Below, in pieces: positions 58,007 through 64,000 of a DNA stretch of 64,000 bases (position 1 is its first letter; every line of letters begins with the position of its first letter). Below the pieces are notes generated by a model that worked only from the letters and a program-made list of their open reading frames with translations, had not been told where the DNA came from and did no database searches. A program made the translations under genes and the position numbers. Where the stretch lies: contig CABMGN010000008.1 of NCBI GenBank assembly GCA_902385635.1, forward strand, positions 197,147-261,146, in the 5' to 3' direction. The DNA is from an uncultured archaeon (GTDB lineage: Archaea; Nanobdellota; Nanobdellia; Pacearchaeales; GW2011-AR1).

Positions 58007-58843
58007 ATGTCAATAAAAGGATTTTTTATACGAAGGAAAAAGTTTAACCAAATTGCGAGGGATATAAAGACTATTAAAATTCAGGGGGCGCGGAACATCG
58101 CGAAAGCCGCAATCTATGCTTACTCTTTGATTTCAACACAAAAATCAAAAAATAAATTAATTTCATTAAGACCAACTGAACCCATGTTACATAAAGTTCT
58201 TCAAGAACTTGAAAAAGGTTCAGATTATGAAGAGATTCTTAGCCATTTCGACATTGCTCAGGGAAAAATAAATAAAAATGTTTTTTCTACAATTAAAGCC
58301 GGAGATACTATTTTCACTCATTGTCATTCAACAAATGTTGTTAATGCTTTGATTTACTCTAAACAAAGAAAAAAGAAATTTGAAGTATTTAATACTGAAA
58401 CCCGTCCTCTTTTTCAGGGAAGAAAAACAGCAGAAGAACTCTCTAATTCGGGGATAAATGTCACGATGTTTATTGATTCAGCTTTGGGTCTTGCTCTTTC
58501 AAAAAAAGATCATAACGGAAAGAATATTGTTAAGAAGATCTTTTTAGGTGCGGACGCTCTTCTTGCCGAGGGCATTATAAACAAAATTGGAAGCGGACTT
58601 ATTGCCGATATCTCTAAAGAAAAAGGAATTCCCGTGTATATAATTGCAGATTCCTGGAAGTTTTCACCTAAGAAAATCTCTTTTGAACAGAGAAGTCTCA
58701 ATGAAATATGGGATAAAGCCCCAAAATTTGTAAAAATAAAAAATCCTGCGTTTGAGTTTGTACCAAAAAAGAACATAACAAAAATAATTACTGAGCTTGG
58801 AGTTATGAGTTACGAAGAATTTTTAAGAAAAGTTAGAAACTAA
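58007..58843 (+). CDS. eIF2B-family protein, probable ribose-1,5-bisphosphate isomerase
   Basis: IQGA..IA, RPTEP, THCHS, ETRP..QG, GAD, NKIG, NPAF..P, ITELG. Confidence 0.85.
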   Translation: MSIKGFFIRRKKFNQIARDIKTIKIQGARNIAKAAIYAYSLISTQKSKNKLISLRPTEPMLHKVLQELEKGSDYEEILSHFDIAQGKINKNVFSTIKAGDTIFTHCHSTNVVNALIYSKQRKKKFEVFNTETRPLFQGRKTAEELSNSGINVTMFIDSALGLALSKKDHNGKNIVKKIFLGADALLAEGIINKIGSGLIADISKEKGIPVYIIADSWKFSPKKISFEQRSLNEIWDKAPKFVKIKNPAFEFVPKKNITKIITELGVMSYEEFLRKVRN

Positions 58844-59301
58844 TCATCACACTGACATTTCCCTTCTTCACATTCGCAGTCTCCATGATTACCGCAAGAG
58901 CATTCATGTCCTTGTTCCATTCTTTCTGCGGCTTGTATAGTCTTTGTTATTTCTTCACCTAGATTTTCAAGAGCAGAGTTTAGTTCTACTTTAATTTCTT
59001 CAAGTCTTCCTGTTTGTTTTTCTAGTATTTTTTTTGTTTCACTTACATTTTTTGTTACAAAATTACCCTCGCCAATATCTACTTTTAACTCTTCTGATAG
59101 TAGTTTAGCTTTAACAAATATCCCTCTTCCGATAGGCGCGAAGATCTCTTTCCCAGTCATGCCATTTAGGTCATCTAAGCCTAGGTTTAGAGTATTTAGT
59201 TCTAGAATTCCTTGTTCCACTGCTTCTACTTGCTTCTGCAGCTGTTGCATTTGCTGCTCAAACATACTTAGTTTAAAGATAATTTCCTGTTGATTTTCCA
59301 T
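58840..59301 (-). CDS. pfdA: Prefoldin subunit alpha with Cys/His-rich C-terminal tail
   Basis: Coiled coils around APIGRGIFVKA..L.VDIG.G.FV; tail HECSCGNHGDCECEEGKCQCDD. Confidence 0.9.
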   Translation of the reverse strand: MENQQEIIFKLSMFEQQMQQLQKQVEAVEQGILELNTLNLGLDDLNGMTGKEIFAPIGRGIFVKAKLLSEELKVDIGEGNFVTKNVSETKKILEKQTGRLEEIKVELNSALENLGEEITKTIQAAERMEQGHECSCGNHGDCECEEGKCQCDD

Positions 59302-59313
59302 TATTTTCTGACC

Positions 59314-59715
59314 TTATATCACTTTAAGTAGTTTTCTAAGAATAATACTGAAGATGATACTACTTATAATATACCACCAGATCCATCCCGCTAAAACCCC
59401 TTCATAGACTGTTCTAATCCAGAATAAGACCAAAAGGAGAGGAAGCGCAGTTATTAGCATTGGTTTGAAAGAGTGTTTCATGAGCTCCATTGAGGAGGCC
59501 ATCATCTCTTTCTGTATTTTTTCTAACTCTTTGGGATCATTTTTATGTTCTTTTAACTTCTGCTGGCAGGATTTTTGTGTATCCTTCAATTCTTTCATTC
59601 TACTCTGGTTTGTAAAATACTTTGTAACTAGAGTCATAGCCAAAGTTATCAGTAGCGAGATCCCAATAATACTATACTGCGGGTACTGTTGTAAAAGCCC
59701 AGTAAGGTCTATCAT
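59314..59715 (-). CDS. DUF106 / EMC3-TMCO1 (Oxa1 superfamily) membrane protein
   Basis: TM, coiled coil, FKPMLIT..P, WIWWYI..S....RK; directly after secY. Confidence 0.88.
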   Translation of the reverse strand: MIDLTGLLQQYPQYSIIGISLLITLAMTLVTKYFTNQSRMKELKDTQKSCQQKLKEHKNDPKELEKIQKEMMASSMELMKHSFKPMLITALPLLLVLFWIRTVYEGVLAGWIWWYIISSIIFSIILRKLLKVI

Positions 59716-59748
59716 GATTATAAATTGAAGATTATTCTCTTTTTAAAT

Positions 59749-61191
59749 CTAGGCGGTAACAAACTTTTTCATCAGAGGGTTCATATCCATTGAATGTTGC
59801 TGTGCAATATTCTGGTAAAACTGGAACATAATCATTATCACCAGGAGTATCGCTGTTCCCGAGACTAATGCCCCCAGAATATTGGTTAGTGAGGCAAGGA
59901 GGCCTATGGCTAAACCCCCCATAACTGTAAGAGGCATTATGTATCGTTCTAGGATACTCTCCAAAACTCTCTCATCTTGCCTAAATCCCGCGACCTGTAA
60001 CCCGGAAGCCATTATCTTCTTTGCTTGAGCTTTGGCATCCATACCCGAGGTTTTAACCCAAAATATTGCAAAGACAGTAGAGAGTATCATAAAAATTATT
60101 GTATGTGTTAGAGCTTGTAGTAGGTATCTCCAGGCAAAGGCTTGTCTAATAATTAAATCTACAATATTTGTAGAGCCCATCCAAAAAGCTGCACCAGACA
60201 CTGCTTGTCCGTTAGAGAAGTGCCCAAGCCAACCGAAGTGTGAAGCAAAACTAGCTAAACCCGTACATACTCCCCCCTCAGTGATACACGGAGATGCCGC
60301 GTTTTCTAATAGGCCTCCGAATAGCTGTATGTTCGCAACTAATGCTGCAGTAAGGATAACTGGAATAACTGATGCGTAGAAGAATGATAATGGCCAACTA
60401 ATCCCGTACCCCCTGATTCTTCCGAAGGATAAAGGAATTTCTACTTTCAAAGATTGAGCCCATACAACTAGTAAGAAAATAAGTACAGTCATTACAATAG
60501 CGGCTAGAGCTACAAAAAATTCTGTTGGTGCTTTATTAATTATTGACTGAACTAAAACTAGAATTTTACCTGCACACGGCGTTCCTCCAAAATCAAGTAA
60601 ACAATTTTTCCCTTGTTGATTAATAAACTGGAATGCACTTGTAAATAATCTCCATGAAACTCCGGCTGCAATAAACATACTTACCCCCGAACCAAAACCC
60701 CAATTAGTTGTGAGTTGATCCATGTAGTAAATTGCAAGACCTCCAAGTATAAGCTGAAAAATAACTAGCCAAGCAAGTCCTGGCGCAGCTTGTAGTCCTT
60801 GCATTAAGACATAGACTAATGCCTCAAAAATTATAAAAAAGAATACCAATAATTTTTGTACACCCTGGAAAAATTTCTGCCCCTCAGTAGTTGAAGTATC
60901 TATATTAATAATTCCTGCACCAGTTAATAATTGTAAGATAATAGAAGCCATAACAATAGGACCAATACCTAAAGAGATTATACTTCCAAAATCAGTCCCT
61001 AAGATAATTGCTAAATACTCAAATCTCTGTAATGCATTATTAGAAAGGCCAAACAGAGATACATTTGCGAGTACAAAGAATAAACCTAAAACGATTAGAG
61101 TCCATTTAAGCTTAACATTAAAGCTTAATTTCTTCTCTGTAGGTTTGATTACATCGGGAATGAAACTAAATATCTTCGTTAAATCTGCCAT
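59749..61191 (-). CDS. secY: Protein translocase subunit SecY
   Basis: SLGIGPIV.ASII.QLL, GFGSGVSMFIA, FYASVIPVIL, GFR, SGTAILL. Confidence 0.97.
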   Translation of the reverse strand: MADLTKIFSFIPDVIKPTEKKLSFNVKLKWTLIVLGLFFVLANVSLFGLSNNALQRFEYLAIILGTDFGSIISLGIGPIVMASIILQLLTGAGIINIDTSTTEGQKFFQGVQKLLVFFFIIFEALVYVLMQGLQAAPGLAWLVIFQLILGGLAIYYMDQLTTNWGFGSGVSMFIAAGVSWRLFTSAFQFINQQGKNCLLDFGGTPCAGKILVLVQSIINKAPTEFFVALAAIVMTVLIFLLVVWAQSLKVEIPLSFGRIRGYGISWPLSFFYASVIPVILTAALVANIQLFGGLLENAASPCITEGGVCTGLASFASHFGWLGHFSNGQAVSGAAFWMGSTNIVDLIIRQAFAWRYLLQALTHTIIFMILSTVFAIFWVKTSGMDAKAQAKKIMASGLQVAGFRQDERVLESILERYIMPLTVMGGLAIGLLASLTNILGALVSGTAILLVIMIMFQFYQNIAQQHSMDMNPLMKKFVTA

Positions 61192-61237
61192 TATCTTTAG
61201 TGTGAAAGATGTTTTTTAAAGATTATCTATTTGAGAA

Positions 61238-61924
61238 TTAAGCTTTAACTAAAGTAGCATTTTTTAGTATAGCTAGGGTTGGTGACATACAACTACACTG
61301 GTTACTGCTCAAAACTACATCTATAGTTTTAGTTGTATCTCTCTGGTCCACTCCTCTTACAGGTTTATCTACGAGCTGTTCGTATGCTTCTATATTAAAC
61401 TTTAGTAAATAACTTCCTGTTGAAGGCGCTGTGTAATTCCAGTCGAAAGTACTCCAAGGAGCTTCTGCTTGTGATGTACAATAACTATAGAATCTTAAAT
61501 CATTAGGATTAGTTCTATCTCCTACACAACCCTCCATGATATACTCATGGGGATTAAAGTGATTTACATAAGTAAGGTAATAATGCTGAACTTCTTCTAT
61601 TTCGTAAAGTGTCGGGCTTCCCTTTATCCTATACTGTTTTCCACAAGTCATATTTGGTTTATACATATAAGAAAAACAGAAATCAAATTTTATACTATCA
61701 CTTTTACCGTAACAAGAGCCCTTAGGATTTTCTACCCAAGTAGTTAGATTATAAACCCCATTCTGTTCGAGAGAAATAACTGCTTGAGAATTAATTTTTT
61801 TAAACTGAAATATGGCATTTCCTGAAACATTAGTCTGATTAGAATAAACAACAACACTTGCAATAACGGCTAGTACTAAGAGCACCGAGATTCCGACAAG
61901 AGTTCTATTTTTTTTATTCACCAT
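61238..61924 (-). CDS. Hypothetical membrane-anchored/secreted protein inserted between rpl15 and secY
   Basis: N-terminal TM followed by VSGNAI; Cys-containing beta-rich domain; own TATA-like box. Confidence 0.65.
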   Translation of the reverse strand: MVNKKNRTLVGISVLLVLAVIASVVVYSNQTNVSGNAIFQFKKINSQAVISLEQNGVYNLTTWVENPKGSCYGKSDSIKFDFCFSYMYKPNMTCGKQYRIKGSPTLYEIEEVQHYYLTYVNHFNPHEYIMEGCVGDRTNPNDLRFYSYCTSQAEAPWSTFDWNYTAPSTGSYLLKFNIEAYEQLVDKPVRGVDQRDTTKTIDVVLSSNQCSCMSPTLAILKNATLVKA

Positions 61925-61958
61925 CTTTATTTTTCTTAACCTTAGATTGTTTATAAAT

Positions 61959-62480
61959 TTACTTCTTCTTTTCAGGAGCTTTCTTTTTCTTGGGATTTTC
62001 TACTACTGGAGTTTTCATAACCTTCTTTTCTCTAACTTTTATCTCTCCTCCAGCTTTCTTTACCTTCTCTATAGCTGAATTAGACGCTTCAAAAGCTTGA
62101 ATCATCAGTTTATTTTTTACTTCTCCATCTCCAAGAATTTTGTAATTAGATAAGTTTAACTCATAACCATTTGCAGTTTTTTTTGCAATACCTTCTTTAA
62201 TAAAAGATTGAAGTCTATTTTCAATATCTTGAAGATTTATCCTAAGTCTCTTATCCCTCTTTGTGCTCTTGCTTGTTATACCTTGTTTACCAAAATAAGA
62301 ATTTCCATAAAGCTTTGTCATAAGGGTTTTCTTCTGATCTGCTCTTTTCCCTGTTCCAGCCATTCCTTTTCCTCCTCGGTGTCCAGACTTCTTATGCTTT
62401 TTTCTTGCACCCCAACCGTGAGTTCCCATCGCTCTTCCGTGCATTCTCGTAGATTTTTTTCTTTTGTGTACCTGCGCCAT
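61959..62480 (-). CDS. rpl15: 50S ribosomal protein uL15
   Basis: THGWG..KKH...GHRGGKGMAG, FGK.G, KILGDG, AIEKVKKAGG. Confidence 0.96.
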   Translation of the reverse strand: MAQVHKRKKSTRMHGRAMGTHGWGARKKHKKSGHRGGKGMAGTGKRADQKKTLMTKLYGNSYFGKQGITSKSTKRDKRLRINLQDIENRLQSFIKEGIAKKTANGYELNLSNYKILGDGEVKNKLMIQAFEASNSAIEKVKKAGGEIKVREKKVMKTPVVENPKKKKAPEKKK

Positions 62481-62481
62481 T

Positions 62482-62913
62482 TTATAACATCTTTTCTAAC
62501 AATTTATTTATATCCTTCCCGTGGCTCCCTAAGATTCCTTTTGGATAGTGGAGTCTAGTACTCTTAACCCCTCCTCGAGGGCTATGCAACCTAAAAAAAG
62601 GTTTCAAATTAAAATCAGAATACTTTTTCCCTTTTTCTAATCCTTCACTTATCTTTTTTACATCTTCTAATTTTTTCTTTTTGTCTATTAACTGTCCTCT
62701 TTTTTCTAAGATCTTTTCGAAGTTTTCTTTAGATATCTCTCCGTAAGCAACGTCGTTCTTTGATTTATAGATCATTCCTAACTGAGCTTTATCCGGATTT
62801 ATCAGAACAACACAAGAATACTTTCTTTTTAATCTAAGTCTGTCTAGATTTTCTTCTAGGTTTTGTCTTACTCCGACAAGTCCCCTAATTCTTATCGCAC
62901 ATATGAAACTCAT
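62482..62913 (-). CDS. rpl30: 50S ribosomal protein uL30
   Basis: AIRIRG, L..LRL.R...C, FRLHSPRGG, INKLL.KM. Confidence 0.95.
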   Translation of the reverse strand: MSFICAIRIRGLVGVRQNLEENLDRLRLKRKYSCVVLINPDKAQLGMIYKSKNDVAYGEISKENFEKILEKRGQLIDKKKKLEDVKKISEGLEKGKKYSDFNLKPFFRLHSPRGGVKSTRLHYPKGILGSHGKDINKLLEKML

Positions 62914-63803
62914 TTTTTACTCCTATTAGTTTTCTCTAAAGCATCCATACAAGCTTTTGCAAGATTAAAAGTTGTTGCTTTTGTCCCGAAGGTTTTACTA
63001 TAAACATCTTTGATCCCGGCTATTTTCAAAATTTTCTTTAATTCATTAGCTGCAACAAGGCCTGTCCCCTGCGGTGCTGGAATCAAAACAACCCTACAAC
63101 TTCCACCCTTTCCCTCTACCTTGAATGGAACTGTGTGTAGCTCTCCGCAATTACAGTCAAATGAAGCGCAATCTCTTGTTATTTTTGTAATATTTAACTT
63201 AGCTTTTCTTATTGCTTTGTCTCTTCCGGGAAGGGTTTCTTTCGCTCTCCCATATCCAACACCGATATGTCCTTTTTCATCCCCAACTACTGCGAAGGCT
63301 GAGAATGTTGGAACATTTCCTTCCTTAGTTTTTCTTTGAGTCTGCCTCCAAGCTCTTCTTTTTCCCCCACCAAACTTTCCCTTAGACTGACCGATGCTTA
63401 AAAGATCAAATTTAACATTAAGAAGAGAATCGACTATTTCGGGTTCCAGTATTTTTCTATTTGAATCTAAAATCTGATCTATATTCTTTATTTTTCCTTC
63501 TCTAACTTCTTTACCAAGTTTTGTTCTTGGTTTCCAAACTTTCAAATTTTCCTGGACTTCTTCCTCAGGAGTCATTCTTCTTCCTCTTCTATCTGTTGTT
63601 TTCTTTAATTCCTTCTCAAGAATTTCATCTTCTTTCATCTTCTTTAGTACTTTTTCTTCCTCGCTTAATTCAGCCTCTTCAATTATTTTATTGGTTACTT
63701 TTGCAGCATCCTTTGTTGAATTTTGTGCTTCGGTTTCAGAGAGAGTTCCATAAGCTTCTGCTGTTTTTTTCAAGCTTGAAACATCTTTTTCTTTTTTAGT
63801 CAT
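62910..63803 (-). CDS. rps5: 30S ribosomal protein uS5 with charged N-terminal extension
   Basis: WKPRTKLG, EPEIVD, VVGD..G.IG.G, PAP.GTGL, AGIKDV. Confidence 0.96.
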   Translation of the reverse strand: MTKKEKDVSSLKKTAEAYGTLSETEAQNSTKDAAKVTNKIIEEAELSEEEKVLKKMKEDEILEKELKKTTDRRGRRMTPEEEVQENLKVWKPRTKLGKEVREGKIKNIDQILDSNRKILEPEIVDSLLNVKFDLLSIGQSKGKFGGGKRRAWRQTQRKTKEGNVPTFSAFAVVGDEKGHIGVGYGRAKETLPGRDKAIRKAKLNITKITRDCASFDCNCGELHTVPFKVEGKGGSCRVVLIPAPQGTGLVAANELKKILKIAGIKDVYSKTFGTKATTFNLAKACMDALEKTNRSKK

Positions 63804-63804
63804 T

Positions 63805-64000
63805 TTATTTTGCTCCCATTATTTTTGATTTAATTGCATCAAATGTTTTTGAGAAATCTTTTTTTAAGTATTTCCCTTTAATCCTCTCTTCGTCAGGAAA
63901 CAACGAAGGATCACATTTTATTTTAACGCCGCCATCATTAACTCCTTTAATAAATGCGTAGATTTTTGTCTTATGTAAGATTCTTAACATTCCTAGATCA
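63805..64000 (-). CDS. rpl18: 50S ribosomal protein uL18, C-terminal part (truncated by the window edge)
   Basis: DLG......KIYAFIKG..DGG...FPDEERIKG; immediately upstream of rps5. Confidence 0.85.
   Translation of the reverse strand, partial: DLGMLRILHKTKIYAFIKGVNDGGVKIKCDPSLFPDEERIKGKYLKKDFSKTFDAIKSKIMGAK

Overview
AT-rich archaeal genomic DNA, most consistent with a small-genome DPANN archaeon (Pacearchaeota/Woesearchaeota-like). The basis is archaeal ribosomal proteins (eL18, eL21, uS4/5/9/11/13, uL13/15/18/30), RNA polymerase subunits D/F/N, SecY/SecDF, prefoldin alpha, AglB, and TATA boxes about 21-22 nt before many ATGs (leaderless mRNAs). Layout: (1) 1-11.5 kb accessory region with a short serine recombinase, RadC/JAB, wHTH, CorA, a radical SAM enzyme, TspO, hemerythrin, GNATs, an RRM protein and a non-catalytic Zn-finger/recombinase paralog; (2) 11.5-26 kb core genes (r-proteins, rpoD/F/N, a MacB-type ABC system, RNase P protein, a stand-alone 5S rRNA, four tRNAs, secF-secD); (3) 26.6-56.9 kb surface-glycan/N-glycosylation locus with a nonulosonic-acid pathway, a B12-radical SAM enzyme, a FemAB-like transferase, many glycosyltransferases, two flippases, a frameshifted aglH and aglB; (4) 57-64 kb R15P isomerase, prefoldin and the end of the spc cluster. 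Most notable: a nonulosonic-acid pathway with no aminotransferase but an oxidoreductase-PseG fusion; a catalytic plus non-catalytic serine-recombinase pair near an apparent ~9 kb inversion; a tRNA-Leu with an A34 (AAG) anticodon; and a long hairpin RNA with its own promoter in front of rpl18e. All functional calls come from motif recognition by eye; no database searches were run.
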